A DNA stretch of 32,000 nt from an uncultured archaeon (GTDB lineage Archaea; Iainarchaeota; Iainarchaeia; Iainarchaeales; 0-14-0-20-30-16): positions 3,399 through 35,398 of the forward strand of contig CAYZSS010000006.1 in assembly GCA_964480435.1 (NCBI GenBank), read 5' to 3'. This document shows, in pieces, positions 8,290 through 16,360 of this stretch (position 1 is its first letter; every line of letters starts with the position of its first letter). Both the position numbers and the translations under genes were made by a program. The notes beneath the pieces were generated by a model. That model was not told the origin of the DNA, did not search any database, and worked only from the letters and a program-made list of their open reading frames with translations.

Positions 8290-8350
8290 CTTTCCGTTTT
8301 TTTCGGAAAGATTTAAACAAAAGTTTCCGTTTTTTTCGGAAAGGTTTAAA
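8290..8350. repeat. Tandem duplication (period 33 nt) of a palindromic unit, TTTCCG-T7-CGGAAAG followed by (A/G)TTTAAA
   Basis: Copy 1 is cTTTCCGtttttttCGGAAAGaTTTAAA (8290-8317). Copy 2 is gTTTCCGtttttttCGGAAAGgTTTAAA (8323-8350). The copy-2 TTTAAA ends 25 nt before the preferred ATPase ATG at 8375, which is TATA-box geometry. The units also lie 78-138 nt after the TrmB-2 stop. Confidence 0.8.
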
Positions 8351-8374
8351 TGCTTTGTTGCCATATTAGTTATT

Positions 8375-9631
8375 ATGTTTGAGAATATACTAATTGAATT
8401 ATATAAAAAATTTTGGTCAAGTAAAAGAATATTCATGCCGAGAAAGATCGCTTTAGATTTAGCTTCTGGAACTGAATCTTGGCTACTTACTGGCCCAAGA
8501 AGGAGTGGAAAAAGTACCTTATTATATGATATTTTTACTTTATTGGTAAATAAAGGCAGTAATAAAACTGACTTTATCTTTGTTAATTTTGAAGATCCAA
8601 CACTTACTACCTTCAAATTTGAGAACTTTGGGGAAATTTTAGCCACATATAACTCTTTATACCCTGATAAAAAGCCAATTTTGTTGTTAGATGAAATTCA
8701 ACATATAACCAACTGGGAAAAATTTGTCCGAAATTTAGTTGATAACCAATATCGTGTTTTTGTTACTGGTTCAAATTCTGGAATGCTTAGTAATAATTCA
8801 AAATCGTTGTTGGGTGGCAGATTTATACAAAAAAACATTACTCCTTGTAGTTTTTTTGAAACTCTTTATTTTAAAGGTTATAATATAGACAAAGTAAAAA
8901 TTATGTCTGAGCCAAAAATTAAAAATAATTTTAAGGGGTTTTTGGATTATGGTGGTTTTCCTGAAGTGGTTTTGAGTAATAAAAAAGAGGAAATATTAAA
9001 TACTTATTTTGATCTTGCTATAAGTGATGTATTAAAAGAAAGGTCTGATTTTGAAGAATTTGAGTTGAAAACATTAATAATGAAAATAAGAGAAAATATT
9101 GGCAAAGAAGCAACTACAAACTCCTATACTTCATTTTTTAATAGTATTAATTATAAGATAGATAAAAATAAGATTTACAAATATTTTGACGCGCTTGAGG
9201 AAAAGTATATTATTGTGCGTTTAAATCAATATCGGAAGTCAGTAAAATCACGAACCCTTGGTAAAAAAACTTATATAATAGATAATGGGTATGTTTTTTT
9301 ATTTGATGTAAAACAAGATAATGGATTAAAACTCGAAAACCAAATTTTTTTAGAATTATATAAGAGAAATAAAGAAATTTATTATTATAAAAATAAATTT
9401 GAATGTGACTTTATTATAAAAGAAAAAGAAAAGGTTTCTGAAGTAATACAGGTGTCACATGAATTAAATGATGAAAACAGAAAAAGAGAAATTGGTGGTT
9501 TGCTTATGGCAATGACCGAGTTTAATCTTGGCTCTGGTCTAATTCTTACATCTGATCAAGAACAGGTAATAAAAAAAGGGAACAAAAAAATAAAAGTAAT
9601 GCCTGCTTGGAAATGGGTGCTAGAAAATTAA
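8375..9631 (+). CDS. AAA-type ATPase of the AAA_14/DUF4143 kind
   Basis: Walker A is LLTGPRRSGKSTLL and Walker B is PILLLDEIQHI. The C-terminal region has the restriction-endonuclease-like tail typical of DUF4143 proteins (ECDFIIKEKEKVSEVIQVSHEL). The start moves to M43 of the track ORF, because residues 1-42 are a translation of the tandem repeat. Confidence 0.75.
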   Translation: MFENILIELYKKFWSSKRIFMPRKIALDLASGTESWLLTGPRRSGKSTLLYDIFTLLVNKGSNKTDFIFVNFEDPTLTTFKFENFGEILATYNSLYPDKKPILLLDEIQHITNWEKFVRNLVDNQYRVFVTGSNSGMLSNNSKSLLGGRFIQKNITPCSFFETLYFKGYNIDKVKIMSEPKIKNNFKGFLDYGGFPEVVLSNKKEEILNTYFDLAISDVLKERSDFEEFELKTLIMKIRENIGKEATTNSYTSFFNSINYKIDKNKIYKYFDALEEKYIIVRLNQYRKSVKSRTLGKKTYIIDNGYVFLFDVKQDNGLKLENQIFLELYKRNKEIYYYKNKFECDFIIKEKEKVSEVIQVSHELNDENRKREIGGLLMAMTEFNLGSGLILTSDQEQVIKKGNKKIKVMPAWKWVLEN

Positions 9632-9750
9632 TCACACCTACTCTTCGCTTTATTTCGCGATAGAGAGATAGTATTATAAGTACTGGCTGGCCTATAATTA
9701 ATATCTTTCTTTGAAGGGTAAGGGGTGAAAATACGTCTAAGTATCTGTGG

Positions 9751-12700
9751 TTGTTATTGGTGGGGGTAATTCTGCTTTTTGGAGTGGTTTTATTTTTGTC
9801 TTCAGAAAAGCAACAATCACAACAAATTTCAGCATTTAATTCAACGTTGGATAAAACTATTTTTTATGGCTCCGCAACAAATAAAGAGCAAATTTATTTT
9901 AAAAATAATTTTGCAGAACCGCTTATACTTATTTTGGCACAACCAAAAAGTTTAGCAGAAAAAATATCACAAATAAAAATATATACAAAAAATAAATTGC
10001 AAATTTTGGATAATGACCCAGTCATTTCAATAAAACAAGATGGAAATCTTGAAGATATTAATTTAGAAATGGTTTATACTTCTTCTACTAAAAAAACATC
10101 TTCTTTTTGTGTGCTTTTACCGCAATCGTTTTTTCAAGATTTTTCTGAAGAACAAACTCTGGCATTTACTGAGAAAATAAAAAACTATTCTTTATTAGAT
10201 ATTAATTATAGTCAAACTCAAATTCTTGAACAAGAGACAGCAACAAAACTAACAACTTTTTTTAATGAAAATCAAGAACTTAATTTATCAGAAACTAAAA
10301 AGACAAATTTAATTTTATTTGAAGATGGCCACGGGATTTCTGATTCTGAAAAGTTGTTATATGATTCTATAATTAATTTAAAACAAAGTAACCCTGTTGA
10401 GTATTATTTACAAGAAGGAAAACAAACACAAATTACTTCTTATTTGCAAAATATTGCTAATAATCAAATAGAAAAAGGGCCAACTGATTTTGAAACCTTA
10501 AATAATGTTTTAAAATGGGTTTATCATTTTGCAACAATTCCTGCGAATCAATTATGTGGTTCAAATAATTGTTGTACATTTGATTCTGATTGTCCTCAGG
10601 GTTTTCCTCTTAAAGTAAGTGTTACCGCCGATGTTATTGCGCATAAAATTAATTATCAATCGTGCCATGACTATGCCTTATTATTTGTAACTTTATTGCG
10701 TGCTAAAGATATTCCTGCAAAATTTGTTCAAACAGTTGATGAAGCCTGGTTAAATTCGGCCCTTTACTTAAATAAAATTGGAAAAGATAATGGTGGGTCT
10801 TTTATTGAGGTAACTAAAAAAGGAGGATATTCTGCAAGTTACCATATTAATGATGTTATTGCTGGTATTGAGGGGGTAGGGCAATGTAGTAATACAAATG
10901 TTGAATTAAAAATAAGCAATATTTTATTTCAAGACGAAAAATATGCTGTTCAATTAGATTTGTTCTGTAATAATATAAAGATTGGGGATACAGTAACGCA
11001 TTTTGTAAATGATTTTTTACTGGCCGATTCATTAGGCCAATATACAAAAAATAGTAGTATGGTAAACCATGGTATTACTGAAATTTTTATAAATAATAAC
11101 TGGCAAATTATAGATCCTCAATTAATTGTTTTTAATCCTCCAACAAACCAATCAAACCCAACAGATTTTATGGTAATACCTAAAAGAACTGGAAATATAG
11201 TAAAATCATATGGGGATAATATGCAAGTAATTATGGGGGAAGACTTAGATGCTTGGGCTTTAGGGTGGCACAGTATTTCTGATATTATCTCCGCTACGAA
11301 AACAACCTATTTTAAGAAAGAAAAATCAGGGGTTTCTTCAGAAGTATTTGATAAATTTATGGACTTGCTTGACGTCCCTGCTGGCTTAATAAATGGGTCA
11401 ACAAAGTCATCAACAGAACAGGATGCAAATTCAGAAGCGATTATAACTCAAATTTCTAAAAATTCTGTGAGCAATGATAGAAACGAATTATTACAAAAGT
11501 ATCCTTGGCCTGATAAAATTGAGGTGGGGTTGTCTCCTAATAATCCAACAGTTATAATAGAAAGATGGGTTGTAAATCAGAATTTAACTGATCCTTTTGT
11601 TACTGATTCTGCACTCCCTGGAAGTATACAAATAAATGGTAAACCAGTTAATTTTAATGTCAACTCTAATATTGATATAAAAATTTTAGATGAAGAAAAT
11701 GATTCAAGTGAATTTGGAACAGAACCATATAAACTAAAAATAACTTTAAGCTATTCTGATTTTTTTAGTCAAGAACAAGATTTGCCGATAACTTTGGATA
11801 AAAATATTCAACTTGATTATGGCTTGTTTGGCAAGGGTTTGTCTCCAGTCATTGAACTGAAAATAAATTTAAATGACTCTGGAGTAATTTTATATGCAAA
11901 ACCAGAATTAAATTCGTTAATAAAGGATTATGCATATAAAAAAGGATGGGATATGCTTCTTGTTCCAAAAATTGATCCAATTAAATTCTTGGATTCTGAA
12001 CTTTTTGATATAAATTATGACAATAAGACCTATACTCTAAAAAATGGGAACACAATTGAGGCAAAATTCTATGATGCTGGTTATGGGTATACCGGTATTT
12101 TTGTTAAGGGAGGAAATATATCTTTTGGTATTGTTTCTGGGCTTATAAAAACTATCCCTGAATTGGGGGCGAAGTTTGAAGTTACTGGCGATTGGAAGCT
12201 AAAAGTATCAACTGTTAGGGATAAATCTGATGGGTTCTATGTAGACCCCAATCCTTTATTTAAATTAAGATCAAAGATAATTTCTCAATATGCTCAAAAA
12301 CCATTTAATTATTTGTTTATAGTTGCTGATGAAAATGAAATTCCTATGGAAGATGAATTTGGTTTGATTCCTATTAAAGATCCATTAGACACAAAGAATG
12401 AAATTCTAGATAATGCAATTTATGGTAATATCGATTCAGACCCTTTTTTGGAGTTATCTGTTGGAAGACTGCCAAGCTCAGATTATAACTATGTATCTGA
12501 ATATTTTTTACAAAATTTAAAATATGTGCCCCCTGAAAACCCCCTTTTTAGTTTTATAGGTAATTATGATACTAATGACCCAATAAAGATTTCAAAAGAA
12601 CAGGTTTTGTTGTACTACCCTTTTACAGGTATGAGTCCCAATAAAAATTATAGTGCTGACTTGCAGGGAAATAATAATTTAATATTTAAGCCAGATGTAG

Positions 12701-13881
12701 ACAAATTTAACGAAATAACGGATAGATCAGATTACATTACTGTATTAACACATGGTACTCCTGAAGGGCTTTTGTATGACGGTAATGCATTATATAAATA
12801 TATCCCTAAAGCAGATAAACAAATCATGATTGTAGCAACATCCTGTTCTACATCATCAGAATTTGGAAAAAATGTTTTAATAAAAAATGTTAGAAACTAT
12901 TTTGGAGGGTTACAAATTACATATAATGGAAAAAATGAGTTTAGTTTAACAACAAATCAAAAACCAAGGATAACAATTGGGGCTGCATATAGAGATTATA
13001 TAAATGGAGCACTAATAGATGTTAATCGTTCATTTGAATTTATTCTTTATGGGGATCCATCTAATTTGATTGATGCATCTAATTTAGAACAAAGTTCCAA
13101 ACCTAAAACAATTTTTAGTGAAAATGAAGTTCAAATTATAATGCCCTCATTTGATGTTAGTACCGTTTTGGCTTATTTAAGTACAGCACTTACCCCTAAT
13201 GAAATGGCCGAAATGAGTAAAGGTAATTTTGAGGAGGAAACTGTGCATTTAAATATGCCAGGGCAGGGTATAGGGTTTGGTTATGTAGGCTCAGAAGCAC
13301 CATTAATTACCCCGTCAATTTTGACCTTTTTTGACTGTCCAATAATTAAGCTAAAAGGCAATAGTAGTTCTAGCTATCCTAATAATCAAAACTCCGCAAT
13401 GACCTATGAAATAATTCCTTCCTCGGTTGTTGCTACCTATACTGATGAAAACAAAGATCCTTTTTCTGAAAAGTTAATTCTTGTGCCTACTGCTTCTGAT
13501 GACACAAATAGAATCTTAGTTAATTCCAAAGATAAAGAAATAAAAAAGATTGGTATTATGTCTTATTGTGCTGACGTGGAAACAGTTATCTCCTTAGGTA
13601 TTTCTCCAGAAATGTATTACATTGGGAATGGAACAACCAATGTGCCATTTTTATATCCACAAGGGACTGATTTTAAACAACTTGACTCATTTTTTTCAAA
13701 AATAAAAGGCTTTAAAGTTAAGGCTTCTGGTTCCAATATGGATTTCCTGGATTTTAATTCAGATTTTATTTGGTATAATGGTGATTTTAGGGTACAATTA
13801 TATTGGTCTTATGCTGATTGGTTTAAACTAATTTCTGCAGGTGCAGAAAAAAGTGGTATAGAAATTAAAATTTATTCTTAA
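9751..13881 (+). CDS. Giant membrane-anchored extracellular protein: N-terminal signal anchor, transglutaminase-like cysteine-protease core, C-terminal C25/gingipain-like (caspase-fold) peptidase domain
   Basis: The N-terminus is LLVGVILLFGVVLFLSS (TTG start at 9751; GTG at 9760 is also possible). The TGase-like triad is Cys305 in QSCHDYALLFVTLLRAKDIPAKFV (nt 10663-10665), then His440 and Asp455 in NHGITEIFINNNWQIIDPQ (nt 11068-11070 and 11113-11115). C25-like features are NYLFIVADENEIPM, IYGNIDSDPFLELSVGRLP, His1001 in ITVLTHGTPEG (nt 12751-12753), Cys1032 in IMIVATSCSTSSEFG (nt 12844-12846), and LYGDPS. Confidence 0.7.
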   Translation: MLLVGVILLFGVVLFLSSEKQQSQQISAFNSTLDKTIFYGSATNKEQIYFKNNFAEPLILILAQPKSLAEKISQIKIYTKNKLQILDNDPVISIKQDGNLEDINLEMVYTSSTKKTSSFCVLLPQSFFQDFSEEQTLAFTEKIKNYSLLDINYSQTQILEQETATKLTTFFNENQELNLSETKKTNLILFEDGHGISDSEKLLYDSIINLKQSNPVEYYLQEGKQTQITSYLQNIANNQIEKGPTDFETLNNVLKWVYHFATIPANQLCGSNNCCTFDSDCPQGFPLKVSVTADVIAHKINYQSCHDYALLFVTLLRAKDIPAKFVQTVDEAWLNSALYLNKIGKDNGGSFIEVTKKGGYSASYHINDVIAGIEGVGQCSNTNVELKISNILFQDEKYAVQLDLFCNNIKIGDTVTHFVNDFLLADSLGQYTKNSSMVNHGITEIFINNNWQIIDPQLIVFNPPTNQSNPTDFMVIPKRTGNIVKSYGDNMQVIMGEDLDAWALGWHSISDIISATKTTYFKKEKSGVSSEVFDKFMDLLDVPAGLINGSTKSSTEQDANSEAIITQISKNSVSNDRNELLQKYPWPDKIEVGLSPNNPTVIIERWVVNQNLTDPFVTDSALPGSIQINGKPVNFNVNSNIDIKILDEENDSSEFGTEPYKLKITLSYSDFFSQEQDLPITLDKNIQLDYGLFGKGLSPVIELKINLNDSGVILYAKPELNSLIKDYAYKKGWDMLLVPKIDPIKFLDSELFDINYDNKTYTLKNGNTIEAKFYDAGYGYTGIFVKGGNISFGIVSGLIKTIPELGAKFEVTGDWKLKVSTVRDKSDGFYVDPNPLFKLRSKIISQYAQKPFNYLFIVADENEIPMEDEFGLIPIKDPLDTKNEILDNAIYGNIDSDPFLELSVGRLPSSDYNYVSEYFLQNLKYVPPENPLFSFIGNYDTNDPIKISKEQVLLYYPFTGMSPNKNYSADLQGNNNLIFKPDVDKFNEITDRSDYITVLTHGTPEGLLYDGNALYKYIPKADKQIMIVATSCSTSSEFGKNVLIKNVRNYFGGLQITYNGKNEFSLTTNQKPRITIGAAYRDYINGALIDVNRSFEFILYGDPSNLIDASNLEQSSKPKTIFSENEVQIIMPSFDVSTVLAYLSTALTPNEMAEMSKGNFEEETVHLNMPGQGIGFGYVGSEAPLITPSILTFFDCPIIKLKGNSSSSYPNNQNSAMTYEIIPSSVVATYTDENKDPFSEKLILVPTASDDTNRILVNSKDKEIKKIGIMSYCADVETVISLGISPEMYYIGNGTTNVPFLYPQGTDFKQLDSFFSKIKGFKVKASGSNMDFLDFNSDFIWYNGDFRVQLYWSYADWFKLISAGAEKSGIEIKIYS

Positions 13882-13906
13882 TAAATACTTCTGGGCGTTA
13901 TATGTG

Positions 13907-14647
13907 TCATGGACACATATCCCACATAAATTGGAAGAACTTTCTATAACCATCTGCTAATGATTTGTTTTTCATAACAAATTGGACAGGGACATCTTCT
14001 AAATATCCTGGTTGTGCCCCAACAAAAGTTACAACATAATCTCCAAAAATATCTATTGCTGTATTTGACGAATATTCTTTTGGTAAAAATTTGTACGGCT
14101 TTCCAACTACTCCTAGAATCTCTGGTTTCTGTTTCTTAATTTCATAATCAAAAAGATGCATAAATTTTATTCCTTGTGCTTTTCTTTTTTGTTCAAATTT
14201 TGCAAGATGAATTCTTAATCTGGGATCTAGCCAAAAAGCTTTTGCTCCAATAAAATAAACTGTTTCGTTGGTTTCAAGAATATCATTCAAATAATTTTTG
14301 AATCCTTCAATTCCCTGATACAAATAAGCCTCAGAACTTTCCTCTACTTTTGCATATTTTTTTTGTAAATCTTGCATTATACTATCTAAATTAGATTCTT
14401 TTTCTTGAATTAGCTCTTGTAATCTTCTTGGATTTGTTGCACAGTAATGTTTATTTCCGCTGATAATAACTTCTGAAACTAATCCTTTCTCAATAAGTTT
14501 GTTTAAGGTATCATAAGTATTTCTTCTGTGCACTCCTGCTCTATTAGAAATCTTTTCTACTGTTGTTTTTCCCATGGTAATTAGGGATTCATATATTCTG
14601 GACTCGTTCTGACTTAACCCTACCTGGCGGAAAATTTCTTCGTACAT
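13907..14647 (-). CDS. TrmB-family transcriptional regulator (paralog 3)
   Basis: GLSQNESRIYESLITMGKTTVEKISNRAGVHRRNTYDTLNKLIEKGLVSEV is a TrmB winged helix. The C-terminal FFQFMWDMCP is shared with the paralogs. Confidence 0.8.
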   Translation of the reverse strand: MYEEIFRQVGLSQNESRIYESLITMGKTTVEKISNRAGVHRRNTYDTLNKLIEKGLVSEVIISGNKHYCATNPRRLQELIQEKESNLDSIMQDLQKKYAKVEESSEAYLYQGIEGFKNYLNDILETNETVYFIGAKAFWLDPRLRIHLAKFEQKRKAQGIKFMHLFDYEIKKQKPEILGVVGKPYKFLPKEYSSNTAIDIFGDYVVTFVGAQPGYLEDVPVQFVMKNKSLADGYRKFFQFMWDMCP

Positions 14648-14689
14648 ACCTAATAATCAAACACAAATGTATTTAATTCTTGCTTATTT

Positions 14690-14720
14690 TGGTGGCAAAC
14701 ACCACTCACAAGGTATATGA
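14690..14720. promoter_or_regulatory. Inverted repeat TGGTG-gcaaa-CACCA (14690-14704) abutting the TATA-like GTATATGA (14713-14720)
   Basis: Read directly from the sequence. The TATA core is centred about 28 nt upstream of the ATG at 14744 of the small ORF. The location is the TrmB-3/symporter divergent region. Confidence 0.35.
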
Positions 14721-14743
14721 AGTAATAAAATCACAAAGTAATT

Positions 14744-14905
14744 ATGAAGAAAAAAAATAATTCGGAATTACAGACCATCTCCTTTAGAGGTAACAGAGAG
14801 CTTTGGCTCAAGTTTGTGTATATCTCAAAAATAAAGGGGGAAAAAAGGGTTTGGAACATTTTAGAAAAAGTAATAAAAAAATACTTTGAGAGTGGTGAAA
14901 TATGA
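14744..14905 (+). CDS. Unlisted 53-aa ORF, putative ribbon-helix-helix (CopG/Arc-like) small protein, overlapping the symporter start by ATGA
   Basis: My translation is MKKKNNSELQTISFRGNRELWLKFVYISKIKGEKRVWNILEKVIKKYFESGEI*. It is below the 60-aa track cutoff. The stop TGA (14903-14905) overlaps the symporter ATG (14902-14904). A TATA-like box lies about 28 nt upstream. The pattern short beta strand (TISFRG) + helix (RELWLKFVYISKIKG) + helix (VWNILEKVIKKYFE) fits an RHH fold. The 62-aa track ORF at 14731..14919 (-) is its antisense shadow. Confidence 0.45.
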   Translation: MKKKNNSELQTISFRGNRELWLKFVYISKIKGEKRVWNILEKVIKKYFESGEI

Positions 14906-16323
14906 GTTATATTAATCAAGGATTAGGTTATGGTTTAGTAATTGGGTTCGGACTAATAATGTTTGCTATTACCTGGACTTTTGCAAGATGGAAAGGATAC
15001 AAAACAAAATTAGGGTTCCTACTTGCGGGCAGGAATCTAGGTTGGGTTTTAGGTGGTGCTACTATTGCAGCATCTTGGATTTGGGCACCTGCATTATTTG
15101 TGTCATCTCAAATGGCTTATACAAAAGGATTGGCGGGAATATTTTGGTTTACTGTTCCAAATGTTTTGGCATTAATTTTATTTGCATTTTTCGCGCCAAA
15201 AATTAGAAAAAAATTTCCTGAAGGATATACTTTACCGCAATATATTAAACATAAATTAAAAAGCGAAAGCGTTCATAAAATTTATTTATTTCCATATTTT
15301 TTCTACCAGTTAATGTCTGTAACTGTGCAGTTATTTGCAGGTAGTGCTTTGCTGTATATGCTGACTGGAATAAATATAATTATTGGTATGATTTTATTGT
15401 CAGTAATTGTTTTAGCATATTCTTTGATTTCCGGATTAGAAGCGTCAGTAATTACAGATCTGGTTCAGTTAATTTTGATTTATATTCCTGGAATAATAAT
15501 TATAATATCATTATTATCTAAATTTGGTTTTGGTGCTGTTCTTCCTGGGTTAGCAGGGATAGAACATACTGCTGGAATACTAGATCCTTCAGTTGCATTT
15601 TCATATGGGATAGTGACTGCAATTGGCCTAATTTCAGGTGCAATTTCTGACCAACAATATTGGCAAAGATCTTTTGCAATTAAAAAAGACCAATTAAAAA
15701 AAGCATTTATTTTTGGAGGAATATTGTTTGGATTAGTTCCAATTGGATTATCCATTCTGGGTTTTATGGCTGCAAATCCGGCATTAGGTATAAGTTTACC
15801 TGCTGGAGTAGATGTTTCTTTAATTGGTGTCCAAACTGTTGCAACATTATTACCTACTTGGATTTTTGCATTGTTTGTATTACTTCTATTAGGTGGGTTG
15901 TGCTCAACATTTGATTCAGGATTATCTGCAACTAGTTCATTATTTACTATCGATGTTTTGAAATCAAACGACGAAAAAAAGAATTTAAAATATTCAAGAT
16001 TATCAATGATTGGAATTACTGTGCTAGGGCTATTAGTTGCACTGGCAGCAAATTATATTCCTGAATTTGGATTGCAACAATTATGGTGGATATTTAACAC
16101 TGTTGCTGCTTGTGTTGTTGTTCCAACTGTATTAAGTTTATATTGGGAAAAACTATCTGCAAAAGGGGTATTTTGGGGCGTAATAGTTTCATTTTTTGTT
16201 GGTATCCCCATATTTATTTATGGGTCTGTTATTGATAATGCATATTGGATTGTTGGTGCATCTCTGGGAATAATATTAGTTAGCACTTTGTTCTGTGTTT
16301 TATTTTCTATTACAAAGAAATAA
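14902..16323 (+). CDS. Sodium:solute symporter (SSS/SLC5) family transporter
   Basis: This 473-aa protein has about 12-13 hydrophobic segments. The N-terminal region FLLAGRNLGWVLGGATIAASWIWAPALFVSSQMAYTKGLAG matches the SSS signature (gr.lg....g.s..at.is....lg....ay..G). SD-like GGTGA lies 4 nt before the ATG. Confidence 0.8.
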   Translation: MSYINQGLGYGLVIGFGLIMFAITWTFARWKGYKTKLGFLLAGRNLGWVLGGATIAASWIWAPALFVSSQMAYTKGLAGIFWFTVPNVLALILFAFFAPKIRKKFPEGYTLPQYIKHKLKSESVHKIYLFPYFFYQLMSVTVQLFAGSALLYMLTGINIIIGMILLSVIVLAYSLISGLEASVITDLVQLILIYIPGIIIIISLLSKFGFGAVLPGLAGIEHTAGILDPSVAFSYGIVTAIGLISGAISDQQYWQRSFAIKKDQLKKAFIFGGILFGLVPIGLSILGFMAANPALGISLPAGVDVSLIGVQTVATLLPTWIFALFVLLLLGGLCSTFDSGLSATSSLFTIDVLKSNDEKKNLKYSRLSMIGITVLGLLVALAANYIPEFGLQQLWWIFNTVAACVVVPTVLSLYWEKLSAKGVFWGVIVSFFVGIPIFIYGSVIDNAYWIVGASLGIILVSTLFCVLFSITKK

Positions 16324-16360
16324 AACCCTTTTCTTTCTTTTTTCTTTTTTTTGGTTATAT

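Noticed and set aside
8290-8350. Possible mini-CRISPR array, because of palindromic direct repeats
   Set aside because: There are only two copies and the period is 33 nt, leaving 5-6 nt between units (no spacers of 25+ nt). No cas genes or leader are present. It fits an operator or terminator duplication better.
8249-8374. N-terminal 42 residues of the track ORF for the ATPase (MVAFLIFSFLVRRIFPFFSERFKQKFPFFSERFK...)
   Set aside because: This stretch is the in-frame translation of the tandem 33-nt palindromic repeat and T-rich spacer. The second repeat's TTTAAA sits at TATA distance from the ATG at 8375, and AAA_14-type ATPases normally place Walker A within about 25-45 residues of the start.
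9719-9729. SD-like AAGGGGTGA upstream of the giant gene, suggesting an earlier start
   Set aside because: There is no ATG, GTG or TTG in the correct frame within 5-12 nt downstream. The first usable in-frame starts are the TTG at 9751 and the GTG at 9760. The frame has a stop at 9712-9714.
14744-14901. Riboswitch or structured leader upstream of the symporter
   Set aside because: I could not recognise any conserved riboswitch core. The region is better explained by a 53-codon ORF with ATGA coupling. Only short local stems are present.
14731-14919. 62-aa minus-strand ORF in the TrmB-3/symporter spacer
   Set aside because: It is the antisense shadow of the better-supported 53-aa plus-strand ORF. 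It runs into the symporter coding region, has a Phe/Ile/Ser-rich low-complexity product, and has no promoter geometry.
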